Virus record (IMG/VR): IMGVR_UViG_3300021478_000015
Location: 64,001 to 128,000 of that record
DNA from: a virus
Strand: one strand, 5' to 3'
Length of the DNA: 64,000 nucleotides
Within the stretch, counting starts at the first letter, position 1, and each line of letters opens with the position of its first letter. A program made the translations under genes and the position numbers. The notes under the pieces were generated by a model. The model did no database searches and had not been told where the DNA came from. It worked only from the letters and a program-made list of their open reading frames with translations. Below are positions 10,156 to 19,176 of the stretch, piece by piece.

Positions 10156-10827
10156 ATGCGCTCTGATGGTACCCATTCCGACAATGGTCGGAAGATGTAC
10201 TGCTATGTGTGCGCTCATCCATGGCGGAATCTCATTGATCTAGAGATCCACGAAGATAAGCCGCCGGGCACCATCTGGGGCCATCTGCCGGTCACCCCCT
10301 CAGTCCCGTTGCCCACCATCCCCGAGATCAAGCGCCATCAGCAACGGAGCCACATGCGGCCCAAGGACGTGATCCTGGCTGAGCAGGCCTACAAGCTCAA
10401 GCTGCTCAACGATCTCATCGACGGTCCGGATCCCATCGAGGCTATGCACGCCTCCCTGGTCGCTCCCATCCCCCCTCTTCCACCCCGGCCCAAGCCGCGC
10501 AACACCAAGCCTGCGCCCCGGCTGTCCACCAAGCCTCCAGAGGCGGCCTGGAGCCCCTGGGTGCTCCGCTACCGCCAGACCAAGTCCGGATGGACCCCGG
10601 AGGCCCAGATGGCCCTCAGGGACCTCCAGCACAACCGCTGCTGGGTCTGTGACGCCGACAACCCCACCTGCTTCGATGTCATCACCAAGGACGAAGGCCA
10701 GACGGTGTACGGTTACCTGTGCCAACGCTGTAAGGGGGCGGTGTCCATGCTGGATCACAACCCGATCCTCCTTGGTCGAGCGCAGGATTACCTGTTGAAC
10801 CCCCCGTCGAAAAGGATGCTGCAGTAG
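10156..10827 (+). CDS. Zn-binding protein with degenerate endonuclease VII-like C-terminal domain
   Basis: QHNRCWVC...VYGYLCQRC..AVSMLDHNP.LL.RAQDYL has EndoVII layout but lacks the DHxH and Asn catalytic residues; N-terminal CYVCAH; start may be 10195. Confidence 0.55.
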   Translation: MRSDGTHSDNGRKMYCYVCAHPWRNLIDLEIHEDKPPGTIWGHLPVTPSVPLPTIPEIKRHQQRSHMRPKDVILAEQAYKLKLLNDLIDGPDPIEAMHASLVAPIPPLPPRPKPRNTKPAPRLSTKPPEAAWSPWVLRYRQTKSGWTPEAQMALRDLQHNRCWVCDADNPTCFDVITKDEGQTVYGYLCQRCKGAVSMLDHNPILLGRAQDYLLNPPSKRMLQ

Positions 10828-10847
10828 TCCATAGAAAAGGGGTTGGA

Positions 10848-11510
10848 ATGTCCATGCATCAAGAGCTACAGCCTGAGCATCGAGCCCGATGGGGACCGGC
10901 CTGTGGGGTGGCCTTCGTGGTGCTGCTGGTGGCGAGCTTCCTGGTCGGAAGCACGCCCAACACCAACAAGTCACCCGCCTACATCCTGGCCTGGTACAAC
11001 AAGAGCAGTCACCAGACCCAGTTGAAGGTCTCTCTGCTGCTGACCGACATCGCCATCGTGTTCGCCATCTTCTGGTTCGGCTACCTGCGGGACCGCTGGG
11101 GTCGTACCGACATCGGAGCCCGGTTGGCCCCGGTCCTGTTGGTGGGGGCCGGGATATCGGTCCTCGGAGGTTTGATCTTCTCGGGGACCTCGTTGGCCCT
11201 CTTCGATGAGCCCAAGCACATGACCCCCGACACCGCTCAGACCCTGAACTTCCTCAACTCCGATCTCGGTGCCCTGGCCACCGTCGTCGGGGTGTCGATC
11301 CTCATGTTCGCGGCAGGGTTCATCATCCTGAAGACCAGGATCGTGCCGGTGTGGCTGGCCTGGGTTAGCTTCGTGTTGGCCGTGGTGGCCCTGGCCGGGC
11401 CGATCGGGTTCTTCGCCTTCCTGGGCATGGGCATCTGGACCCTGATCGTGGCCTTTCTGATGTGGCGTTATGAGGAGACCTTGCCAGTGGAGGTAGTCGC
11501 CCCGGCATAG
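10848..11510 (+). CDS. Multi-pass membrane protein (DUF4386-like)
   Basis: About 6 hydrophobic helices; LP.WLAWVS-type C-terminal motif. Confidence 0.6.
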   Translation: MSMHQELQPEHRARWGPACGVAFVVLLVASFLVGSTPNTNKSPAYILAWYNKSSHQTQLKVSLLLTDIAIVFAIFWFGYLRDRWGRTDIGARLAPVLLVGAGISVLGGLIFSGTSLALFDEPKHMTPDTAQTLNFLNSDLGALATVVGVSILMFAAGFIILKTRIVPVWLAWVSFVLAVVALAGPIGFFAFLGMGIWTLIVAFLMWRYEETLPVEVVAPA

Positions 11511-11513
11511 GCC

Positions 11514-11545
11514 GACTTGCGGGCTCTAAGAAAACCTGCTAAGCT
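11514..11545 (+). promoter_or_regulatory. Early sigmaA-type promoter with CTCTAAG box, copy 1
   Basis: TTGCGG-17 bp-TAAGCT with extended TG; ATG 7 nt downstream. Confidence 0.7.
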
Positions 11546-11551
11546 GGTGGG

Positions 11552-11581
11552 ATGACCACCAAACTGAGTAATCCATCATGA
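11552..11581 (+). CDS. Leaderless 9-aa uORF (MTTKLSNPS)
   Basis: Starts at the predicted TSS; its TGA overlaps ATG 11578 (ATGA). Confidence 0.45.
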   Translation: MTTKLSNPS

Positions 11582-12204
11582 GACCGCGTGACAGTCAGCG
11601 GAGCAAGCTCTACGCCGCCGAGGCTATCTTGCAGGGCGCTCCCGACTTTAAGACCGTCCAGGAATGCCAGGCCTTTGCCGATTCGGTTATGGCCAACCGC
11701 TGGGTCCGAGCCCGCTGGAATCGCTACATCGAAGTGCGTCCCGGCAAGGGTCATACCCGAGCCACCGGCAGTCACTCCTCGGGCATCATTCAGCTACCGC
11801 TGTGGTCCCGTCAACGCTTGGTCGTTTTGCATGAAGTGGCCCACGTCCTGACCCCCGGCAACTATGCCCATCACGGCCCGGAGTACGCTGGGGTTCTGCT
11901 CTCCCTGGTCCACCACGTCCTCGGGGCTGAACAAGCGGCCAAGCTGCGAGTCAGCTATCGAGAACACCGGGTCCGGTACAACCTCAAGGGCGTTCCATCT
12001 TCGCCTCGCTATACCGTGCCCACCCAGGCCTCGGTGGCGGCCAAGCAGCGTGAGCGCAACACCCGGCCGTTGTCCTCTGACGAGAAGGTCGCCATGGCGG
12101 CTATGTTGCGCCGGGGAGCCAAGGCCGGTCAGTTCGGTCCCTCGGGACGCAAGCCCCGAGCGAATGCCTTGGCCCTGGCCAGGCTGCTGGAGGTGGCCCC
12201 ATGA
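11578..12204 (+). CDS. HEXXH zinc metallopeptidase-like protein (SprT/TIGR04338-like)
   Basis: RDSQRSKLYAAE N-terminus; VVLHEVAHVL...HHGPEYAG. Confidence 0.7.
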   Translation: MRPRDSQRSKLYAAEAILQGAPDFKTVQECQAFADSVMANRWVRARWNRYIEVRPGKGHTRATGSHSSGIIQLPLWSRQRLVVLHEVAHVLTPGNYAHHGPEYAGVLLSLVHHVLGAEQAAKLRVSYREHRVRYNLKGVPSSPRYTVPTQASVAAKQRERNTRPLSSDEKVAMAAMLRRGAKAGQFGPSGRKPRANALALARLLEVAP

Positions 12205-12674
12205 TGACCCCTCGACGGCGCAGTGAGGCCGAGGTAGTGATGCGCCTGCGCCAGAACCATGATGACTTCCTGGGCTTCAAGCGGGAGGTGCTGGCCGATC
12301 ATCTCAGCGTCGAGGCACTCCGAGAGTTTGCCACCAAGGATTCGGACCTGAGTGACTGGCGGCCCCGTTCTTTGGACCTGGAGCCGGTCATGACCGAGCT
12401 TGGTGACTACATGGAGTTCGCCTGGGGCAAGGTCGCAGATCACCGGGGTATCTCTGCCAATCGCAGCGTGGACAAAGTGGGAGAATATGTCTGGTTACTC
12501 GGACTTGATGACCTGTTGGCTGAGATGGAAGCAGCCGACTATCCTCAATATGGAGCGCCAAAGTTAGCTGTGGTATGCCAAGCCTTGATGCTGGTCATTC
12601 CAGATGATGAAGGCATTCAGCGTATGATCCAGGGTCTACCATGCGAACCTGGATGTGATGAGGGATGTGGCTAG
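12201..12674 (+). CDS. Hypothetical protein
   Basis: ATGA-coupled; YMEFAWGK..DHRGISANRS; C-terminal CxxxCxxGC. Confidence 0.6.
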   Translation: MMTPRRRSEAEVVMRLRQNHDDFLGFKREVLADHLSVEALREFATKDSDLSDWRPRSLDLEPVMTELGDYMEFAWGKVADHRGISANRSVDKVGEYVWLLGLDDLLAEMEAADYPQYGAPKLAVVCQALMLVIPDDEGIQRMIQGLPCEPGCDEGCG

Positions 12675-12787
12675 TTCATCAATATGGCGAGTAGTATGCC
12701 TAAGGTAAATGCCAGTACTCCCGTCAATATCGCAATGCTTAACCAGATCAACAGGATGCCCGTATGCTTCCGCCGGACTTGGGTCAC
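12671..12787 (-). CDS. Small single-TM membrane peptide
   Basis: GTG start; RRKH followed by a hydrophobic run of about 25 aa. Confidence 0.35.
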   Translation of the reverse strand: MTQVRRKHTGILLIWLSIAILTGVLAFTLGILLAILMN

Positions 12788-12833
12788 CCCGTCATCGTAG
12801 AGGTGGCGGGAGTGACCCCCAGGTATAGAGAGC

Positions 12834-12865
12834 GACTTGCGTTCTCTAAGAGATTCTGATAGAGT
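12834..12865 (+). promoter_or_regulatory. Early promoter, copy 2
   Basis: TTGCGT-17 bp-TAGAGT with TG extension and CTCTAAG box. Confidence 0.65.
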
Positions 12866-12874
12866 ACCGATCCT

Positions 12875-12904
12875 ATGACCACCACTCATAATCAGGCCTG
12901 CTAA
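12875..12904 (+). CDS. 9-aa uORF (MTTTHNQAC)
   Basis: Just after the promoter; TAA overlaps ATG 12904 (TAATG). Confidence 0.45.
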   Translation: MTTTHNQAC

Positions 12905-14958
12905 TGGAAGAACTCCATCTGCCGAACAGCGAGCGGTTCGCTGACATCCCACCCGAGGTCCAGGTGGGGTTCAACCGCTTCGTGGGCAAGCTCAAGGATG
13001 TCTCCGGGGCTTGGCCCAAGGACCTAGAAGCTCAGACGACCGTTGTCCTGCGGCTCATCGTTGACGCGAACGAGGAGACGCTCGATGACATCGTTCAGAC
13101 TGAGCGACTGTTCAAGAACTCCGCCAACGTCCGGTGGTACGACGACGTGGTGGAAGCTGATCTACCGGTTGAAGCTCGGGATCCTGACAACGTTCAGTGG
13201 TATGAGCTTCCTGAGTACCATTCCCGTCGTCAACGAGCCCGTCGCTTAGCCAGTTGCTTACAGCACTCCATTGACTCGGCTCAAGCCAGGGTGGATGCCG
13301 AAGTCCTCCAGGAGCATGTGGCCTGGGAGGAGCGGGCTATGAGCTTTATTGAAAAGCTCGGGTTCTGGGACCGACATAATCGTGAGGCCCAGTTAACTGC
13401 TCTGGCTGAGATAGCTCTGGATACTGATGAAGAGACCTTGGCTGCTATTGAAGCCATAGAGGATGGACTCAAGACAGACAACCTGGCTTGGTATCCACTT
13501 CCTGAGGACCATACCAGAGAAGATCGACTGCGTCGTTTGGCCGCCGTATTGCAATGGTTCATAGAGGATCGTGAGGCCCAGGAGTACGTGAAGAACAATC
13601 CTCCTCCTGGTGCCGATCCCTGGATCTGTCCTCGCTGTGGTGGGGACATTCCCATGCCCGGTCGCAAGGGTGAGTACGAGGGAGGAGTGAGTCGTACCAC
13701 TCGCGATGGCCAGGAGGAGATACGGGTCTGCTCCCCCTGTAGCAACGAGGAGGCCTATGAGCAGGCCGCGGGTTGCCTCACTCCTCGAAGCGAGTGGCCC
13801 GTCCCGGCCGAGAAGCTCCTGCCCCGCATGCAGCCGGACCAGTACGCCGGGTGGCGTGACACCTGGGAGGAGTATCGCTCCTCTCATCGCCGGGCCATCG
13901 CCCCTCCGCCCCTGCCCCGAGAGCTACCGGATCTGCGCTTGCACCTGATGGAGCGCTGGATCCCCAAGGGCATGTTCGAGAAGAGCCTGGTGGCCCGTGG
14001 CATCTGGGAGGATCGTGGTCCCGACACCGTCAACCTCATGAGGGAGCGGGCCAGGGGCGAGCGGGAGTCGCTGCGGAAGGCCTCGCTGTGGTGGGTCCGG
14101 GACGAGATGGTCAACCTCACTCTGGCCGGAGCCAAGTCCATCCCCGACGACGTGCGCGGTGGGGATGTCAAGTTCCCCGGTGAGCAACTGTTCGGCCTGG
14201 TAGTGCTCGGCACCCCTTGGCTCGGCATGGACGCCAACGACCCCAACGAGGTGGTCCAGACCGATGCCATCGTCTGGGCTGCTACCAACATCGATGGCGG
14301 GGACTGCATCAGTTTGTCCATGTACCGCTACTTCGATTTCACCGCCGGACTGACCCCGGCTGACATGCGGGAGGCGGTGGCCACCGGAGCTATCCTCGAT
14401 GCCTACCAGGAGGAGGTGGGCAACGGTCCGCCCGATACCCGCGCCAAGCGGCTGCGGGGTGGCTCCTGGATCTTCATGGGCCGGTCTGACTGGCCTCTCA
14501 CCGAGACGCTGGGCGGCTTCGAGGTGCTCAAGGCCGAGTACCCCGAGGGCACGCCTTACGACGAGCTTCGCATGGCCTCCATGATCGAGGACCGCAAGTT
14601 CTTCGCCAGCTTCTGTGTCCTGGTCAATCACAAGCTGAGCCAGACCGAAATGGTCTGGGCTCCCCGCGCCGTTCGCAAACGGGCTGAGAAGGCCGGGGTG
14701 GACTCCGAGAAGGAGCCCTCTCACGTCCGCCTCATCCGCCTGCGGGAAGTCCGCCGGGCGGCAGGGGTCACCGACGAGGAGCATGAGAAGCGCAAGGTGG
14801 AGTGGACGCATCGCTGGATCAGTAGTGCTCACATCGGCTGGCGTCGTTGTGGCCCAGGGAGGAAAGAGCGCAGGCTGTCCTATATCCCAGCTTCGATAAA
14901 GGGACCGGAAGACAAAGAACTGATCATCAAAGAGAATGTGCGAGTGTGGACACGATGA
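12904..14958 (+). CDS. Hypothetical 684-aa protein with Zn ribbon
   Basis: Internal repeat (WY.LPE.H.R..R.RRLA..LQ, twice); CPRC...CSPC; basic C-terminus HRWI...GPGRKERRL.YI....KGP. Confidence 0.7.
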   Translation: MEELHLPNSERFADIPPEVQVGFNRFVGKLKDVSGAWPKDLEAQTTVVLRLIVDANEETLDDIVQTERLFKNSANVRWYDDVVEADLPVEARDPDNVQWYELPEYHSRRQRARRLASCLQHSIDSAQARVDAEVLQEHVAWEERAMSFIEKLGFWDRHNREAQLTALAEIALDTDEETLAAIEAIEDGLKTDNLAWYPLPEDHTREDRLRRLAAVLQWFIEDREAQEYVKNNPPPGADPWICPRCGGDIPMPGRKGEYEGGVSRTTRDGQEEIRVCSPCSNEEAYEQAAGCLTPRSEWPVPAEKLLPRMQPDQYAGWRDTWEEYRSSHRRAIAPPPLPRELPDLRLHLMERWIPKGMFEKSLVARGIWEDRGPDTVNLMRERARGERESLRKASLWWVRDEMVNLTLAGAKSIPDDVRGGDVKFPGEQLFGLVVLGTPWLGMDANDPNEVVQTDAIVWAATNIDGGDCISLSMYRYFDFTAGLTPADMREAVATGAILDAYQEEVGNGPPDTRAKRLRGGSWIFMGRSDWPLTETLGGFEVLKAEYPEGTPYDELRMASMIEDRKFFASFCVLVNHKLSQTEMVWAPRAVRKRAEKAGVDSEKEPSHVRLIRLREVRRAAGVTDEEHEKRKVEWTHRWISSAHIGWRRCGPGRKERRLSYIPASIKGPEDKELIIKENVRVWTR

Positions 14959-15344
14959 GTACGGAGAATGGAGTATCCCATCCAAAGGAAGTGGCCAAGC
15001 ATATTAAGTACTTGCGTAAGCGCATTGCTTATATAGAGAGCCGCATTCGCCATGGTCAAGGCAATATGTACCATGAGCGTGAGCTTGCAGCCATGGAGTG
15101 GGCCATGCCCGTCCTCGAAGCGGAGGAGGCCTGGATTCGCAATCACACCATCTATGCCCATGATCGTCGTCGCGACGATGATCGGGTGGTTGATGAGAAG
15201 TGCCCGGCTTGTGGCTCTCACCCTGGCCAGATCCGCAAGCGGGGCAACCGGGTGAGGTTCACCTGGAGTGGGGAGGCCTCATCCGATGAGGAGCTTGACT
15301 TGTCCGGGGACGCGCCTACCGTGCCAAGTGGTGACGAGGGGTGA
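14955..15344 (+). CDS. Hypothetical protein
   Basis: ATGA overlap at 14955; CPAC motif. Confidence 0.5.
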   Translation: MSTENGVSHPKEVAKHIKYLRKRIAYIESRIRHGQGNMYHERELAAMEWAMPVLEAEEAWIRNHTIYAHDRRRDDDRVVDEKCPACGSHPGQIRKRGNRVRFTWSGEASSDEELDLSGDAPTVPSGDEG

Positions 15345-15394
15345 CCCATCAACTTACTGCCCCTTCGTTGGTGCCGGAGCCTCTCGTCACCCCT

Positions 15395-15426
15395 GACTTG
15401 ACTGCTCTAAGCAAGTCTGCTAACGT
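15395..15426 (+). promoter_or_regulatory. Early promoter, copy 3
   Basis: TTGACT-17 bp-TAACGT with TG extension and CTCTAAG box; ATG 15434. Confidence 0.75.
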
Positions 15427-15433
15427 ATTTCCC

Positions 15434-15943
15434 ATGCAGACCACCACGCAAACCCAAGACCTGCACATCGTGATCGCCGCCCTCGGGGGCCGCAGCGATC
15501 GTGCCCTCATCGGCCACACCGCGGTGTCAGCCCCGCTGACCTGGAGCGATGCTCAGGCCCTCTTCGACCGCCTCGATACCGAGCGTCGCGCTGGCGTGTG
15601 GACCTCCGGCAACGGGGTGCGTCACCCTGGCCACGTCCTCCACTACGCCGTCCGCAGCATCGAGGACCCCCGCTGGGCCAGCCTGGTCGGCCGGGGCTAC
15701 GCCAACGGCATCAGCCGCCGCACCGGCTACCCCAACGGGGACCGGGGCATCGAGAAGGCGGCCAAGGCCTGGGCCAAGGAGTTCGGCTACGAGGGCCGCG
15801 CCGGGGGCTGGATCTACAATCCCTCCGGCCGGACCGTGACCCAGGGATGGGGCAGCTTCGCTGACACCCTCCGCCGCCAGGGCAAGATCGCCCAGGGCTC
15901 GGACGGCCTGTGGTACGTGCTCGACCGGGAGTTGGTGGCCTGA
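15434..15943 (+). CDS. Hypothetical protein (leaderless)
   Basis: Start reassigned to the ATG 8 nt after the -10 box; strong GC3 codon bias. Confidence 0.65.
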   Translation: MQTTTQTQDLHIVIAALGGRSDRALIGHTAVSAPLTWSDAQALFDRLDTERRAGVWTSGNGVRHPGHVLHYAVRSIEDPRWASLVGRGYANGISRRTGYPNGDRGIEKAAKAWAKEFGYEGRAGGWIYNPSGRTVTQGWGSFADTLRRQGKIAQGSDGLWYVLDRELVA

Positions 15944-16194
15944 TGACCAAGCTCACCACCCGCCAGGCCGACAAGCTGATCGAGGCCGCCCAGAACGCCG
16001 TCACCTTCTCCGTAGTCGGTCATGGGGAGTTCCCCGCCGACATGCTGCGCTACGACCTGTGCTGGCCTGCCAGTCATGGTGACTCAGCCCTGCTGGGCTA
16101 CAGCACTGGGACGCGCCGCATCGAACTGAAGGGCCTCAAGCTGCCCACCGCAGCCCGCTGGGAGTCCTTCGGCTGGAAGCTGGTCCAAGCTTGA
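15943..16194 (+). CDS. Hypothetical protein
   Basis: TGATG coupling; FP.DMLRYD.C.P...PT.ARWESFGW motif. Confidence 0.65.
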   Translation: MTKLTTRQADKLIEAAQNAVTFSVVGHGEFPADMLRYDLCWPASHGDSALLGYSTGTRRIELKGLKLPTAARWESFGWKLVQA

Positions 16195-16224
16195 TTCTCC
16201 ACCCCCAACCATTAGGATGAGCCC

Positions 16225-16346
16225 AGATCGCCATCCCAAAGGTCCACCTCAGCGGAATGTACTGTGGTGGTCTGACCGCTGAGGTCACCTACCGCCGCCG
16301 CTCCCCTGGAATAGATACCCAGAGGGGCGGCGGCGGTACATTTTTT
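16225..16346 (+). ncRNA. Candidate small structured RNA ending in an intrinsic terminator
   Basis: Possible TTGATT-16 bp-TAGGAT promoter; perfect 10-bp stem 16246-55/16276-85; then a GC hairpin and T-run. Confidence 0.3.
16291..16346 (+). terminator. Rho-independent terminator
   Basis: ACCGCCGCCGCTCCCCTGG / CCAGAGGGGCGGCGGCGGT imperfect stem followed by ACATTTTTT. Confidence 0.7.
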
Positions 16347-16364
16347 GAACTAGGAATCCGGGGT

Positions 16365-16396
16365 GACTTGCCCTCTCTAGGGAAACCTGCTAACGT
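16365..16396 (+). promoter_or_regulatory. Early promoter, copy 4
   Basis: TTGCCC-17 bp-TAACGT with TG extension and CTCTAGG box. Confidence 0.7.
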
Positions 16397-16404
16397 GGTT
16401 GGTG

Positions 16405-17160
16405 ATGAGCACCGACCACCACAGTGAGGAAATCAAAGTGACCGTGACCATGTCCCGCGACGAGCTTCTGGCCGCCATGAACGCCAACAAGCCCGCTCCC
16501 CGCCTGTCCACCACCCAGCAGTCCGCCGCCGCGGGCTCCAAGTTCGCCCGGCCCGACTTCGATCAGCAGCAGGCTGCGGTCCGGCGCACCGGCCAGCCCG
16601 CCACCGAGAAGCAGTCGGCCTTCATCCGCAAGCTCCTGGCCGAGCGGGTCGGCATCACCGAGGCCGAGGACATCCGCAACGCCCTCAACATCGCCCGTAC
16701 CAACAAGACCCTGGACCGGAGCATGGTCAGCGCCTTCATCACCCGCCTGCTGGCCATCAAGCCCAACCCGGTCGAGGCTCCCCAGGCCCCTCAGGCCCCC
16801 GTCAGCGCCCCCCAGGGCGGCGACGAGGCCTGGAAGCGCCCCAACTGCGTCCCCAACGGCCAGTACGCCCTCAAGGGCGAGGACGGGGTCGTCAAGTTCT
16901 ACTCGGTCAACACCCCCGACGAGGGCAAGTTCGCCGGGACCTGCTTCGTGGCCGTCCACGCCTCCGATGAGCGCCACAACATCAAGGGCCGGGCTCGCCA
17001 CCAGATCCTCGACGCCATCGCCGCCGATCCTCAGGCCGCCGCCATCCTGTTCGGTCATGAGACCAACCACTGCGGGCGCTGCGGCCGGGAGTTGACCGAC
17101 GAGGTCAGTCGGGCCAACGGCATCGGCCCGGTGTGCGCCAAGAAGGCCGGGTGGGCGTGA
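16405..17160 (+). CDS. DUF6011-type Zn-finger domain protein
   Basis: C-terminal CGRCGRELTDEVSRANGIGPVC; ATEKQ..FI..LL motif. Confidence 0.7.
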   Translation: MSTDHHSEEIKVTVTMSRDELLAAMNANKPAPRLSTTQQSAAAGSKFARPDFDQQQAAVRRTGQPATEKQSAFIRKLLAERVGITEAEDIRNALNIARTNKTLDRSMVSAFITRLLAIKPNPVEAPQAPQAPVSAPQGGDEAWKRPNCVPNGQYALKGEDGVVKFYSVNTPDEGKFAGTCFVAVHASDERHNIKGRARHQILDAIAADPQAAAILFGHETNHCGRCGRELTDEVSRANGIGPVCAKKAGWA

Positions 17161-17777
17161 TGGCCTCCCTGGCCATCATCATCGTGGGTTGCTTCGTCCT
17201 CTTCCTGATCATCCGAGCGATGATCAGGAGGGGCGGGGCCAACCTCCCTATCGATGCCCGATCCAACGACTATCGCACGGTCCTTTTCACCAAGCACTAC
17301 ACGGCCTGGGATCCCCAGACGGGTAGCAAGACCCTCCACTTCACTTATCCTGATGGCAGCCGTTACCTTCCTGGCCGTATCCCGCTGAACTACGACGTGG
17401 TCTCTGATATCGAGGGTGTCACCGTGGCGCAGATTGAGGGTCCTATCGTCAATCGCACCTACCCCGCCCAGCCTCCCATGCCGGTTCAGCCCTCCTGGGC
17501 TCCGGCCCTGGCCGCGGGAGCCATCGGATTCATCGCCGGGGAGATGGTCGAGCGCCATCACCACCATAAGGTCGAGGCCCGTGCTCAGGCTCACGCTCAG
17601 TTCCAGGCCGACATGGACCGGATCATCCATCCCCAGCCAGTCCACCATCAGCCTCAGCCGGTCTGGGATGCCGCGGGCGCTGATCATCGTCCCTACTGGG
17701 GTGATGCCCCGAATCAGGCTCCCTTCGATCCCTACAACAGCGATGGTGGCCACCACTTCGGGCACCATTCCTGGTGA
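17160..17777 (+). CDS. Membrane-anchored His/Pro-rich protein
   Basis: N-terminal TM helix; AAGAIGFIAGEM glycine-zipper-like segment. Confidence 0.55.
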   Translation: MASLAIIIVGCFVLFLIIRAMIRRGGANLPIDARSNDYRTVLFTKHYTAWDPQTGSKTLHFTYPDGSRYLPGRIPLNYDVVSDIEGVTVAQIEGPIVNRTYPAQPPMPVQPSWAPALAAGAIGFIAGEMVERHHHHKVEARAQAHAQFQADMDRIIHPQPVHHQPQPVWDAAGADHRPYWGDAPNQAPFDPYNSDGGHHFGHHSW

Positions 17778-17934
17778 CGTGATCAGCTAGGGTCCTCGGG
17801 CTCAGGCTCGATGGGTCGCTGCGAGTACATCTCCTTGGCCATCTGCACCGCCTGGTCGAAGGCCTCCTGCTCCTCCGGGGACAGGGGGATCTTCGGCTTT
17901 AACGGGTCTCCCATATATTCTGAGAGCTACCACT

Positions 17935-18105
17935 ATGTCACCTGATGCAAAAGAGCCCTTTCACGAAGACTATTTTGGGACGTTCTGCATTTACTGCCAA
18001 CGGGACTACAGCACCGAGCGAAAGCTGTTTGCTCACATCAAGCGCAGCCATCCGAACACCTATGCCTTGAACGCGGTGAGGGAGCGGGAGGAGCGCAGGA
18101 AGTAG
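17935..18105 (+). CDS. 56-aa C2H2 zinc-finger protein (below ORF-track cutoff)
   Basis: CIYCQRDYSTERKLFAHIKRSH = C-x2-C-x12-H-x4-H. Confidence 0.6.
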   Translation: MSPDAKEPFHEDYFGTFCIYCQRDYSTERKLFAHIKRSHPNTYALNAVREREERRK

Positions 18106-18184
18106 TTGCGCTCACCGGGCGAAGGGGTATCATCAGATCTTCGATGCCATCGGAGGCCATCTGACGAAAGGTAAGGCGCATACT

Positions 18185-18724
18185 ATGCCTGGTGCTGCCA
18201 CAAAGAAAGCCCGTAAGGACCGCTACACCGGTCCGATCAAGTTAGAGGACACGAAGATGGAGACGGTCGAGCCCCGGACCAACGTTTCCAAGGTGGACCT
18301 GCGCGAGTACATCGAGGGCCTGAAGGCGTCCAAGCAGAGTGGTCAGTCGGTGGGACACACCATCGTGGCGGACTCGGTCAACATCTTGAAGTCCCGGTAT
18401 CGCCAGGCCGCCCAGCAGCTTGGCTACGGGGTGAGCTTCACCCTGGCCCTGCCCGACAGCGACCTGGCCAAGGAGCGGGGCTACGAGCTTGCCCCCGGCG
18501 ATGCCCGGTTGCTTGTCAAAGCCGGACCCAAGCAGGTTCGCAACCGGCCTGCTGCCCCTACCAACGCTGAGACATCTGAGACCACTGACACCGCGGCATC
18601 TGGTACTGATGATGCAGAGACGGCCGAGGTCGCAGAAGGCGCTGAGGAGGCCCCAGAAGCCGCTATGAGCCCCGAGGAGCTTGCGGAGGCAGCCGAGGTA
18701 GTCGCAGCCGCCAACCCGGCCTAG
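18185..18724 (+). CDS. Hypothetical protein, basic N-terminus and acidic tail
   Basis: AAGG SD-like site upstream; coding-like composition. Confidence 0.6.
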   Translation: MPGAATKKARKDRYTGPIKLEDTKMETVEPRTNVSKVDLREYIEGLKASKQSGQSVGHTIVADSVNILKSRYRQAAQQLGYGVSFTLALPDSDLAKERGYELAPGDARLLVKAGPKQVRNRPAAPTNAETSETTDTAASGTDDAETAEVAEGAEEAPEAAMSPEELAEAAEVVAAANPA

Positions 18725-18751
18725 AAACGTCCCCTACTCATGTGAGGACTG

Positions 18752-19144
18752 ATGCCCTCGAAGTTTTGCCGACATCAACGAGGGGCTCCGCTACAGGAGC
18801 TTCCGGTGACTACGGAGATATCCATCGCGGAGCGCACCGCCCTTCTCAACCAGATCCAGCGCATGGTGAACGAAGGGATGTGCGTATCGGCCATGGTCAT
18901 GGCTCGGGATCGCAACGTGCAGTTCAATGCTGACACCTTGCGATCCTGGGCTAAGGACCAGCGTAAGACCCAGCAGTATCGTCATCGCAAGACGTATGCC
19001 TGGCTGGCTCGTAGTGCCGCCCCCATCACCGTGCCTGCTCCGGCCAAGCCTGCCACCGTGACCTCCATCACCACTCCGGTCGTCCATCCCCTATCCATGC
19101 CCAGGAGGCCGTGGTTTGTGAGGCGTCCCTCTAAGGTGGCTTGA
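18752..19144 (+). CDS. Hypothetical, possibly DNA-binding protein
   Basis: Basic; ADTLRSW resembles an HTH recognition helix. Confidence 0.4.
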   Translation: MPSKFCRHQRGAPLQELPVTTEISIAERTALLNQIQRMVNEGMCVSAMVMARDRNVQFNADTLRSWAKDQRKTQQYRHRKTYAWLARSAAPITVPAPAKPATVTSITTPVVHPLSMPRRPWFVRRPSKVA

Positions 19145-19169
19145 TAATCCTGGGTGGACGTGATAACGT
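19129..19169 (+). promoter_or_regulatory. Early promoter variant (CTCTAAG box upstream of -35)
   Basis: CTCTAAG at 19129-35; TTGATA-17 bp-TAACGT with TG extension; ATG 19177. Confidence 0.6.
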
Positions 19170-19176
19170 ACCTCCC

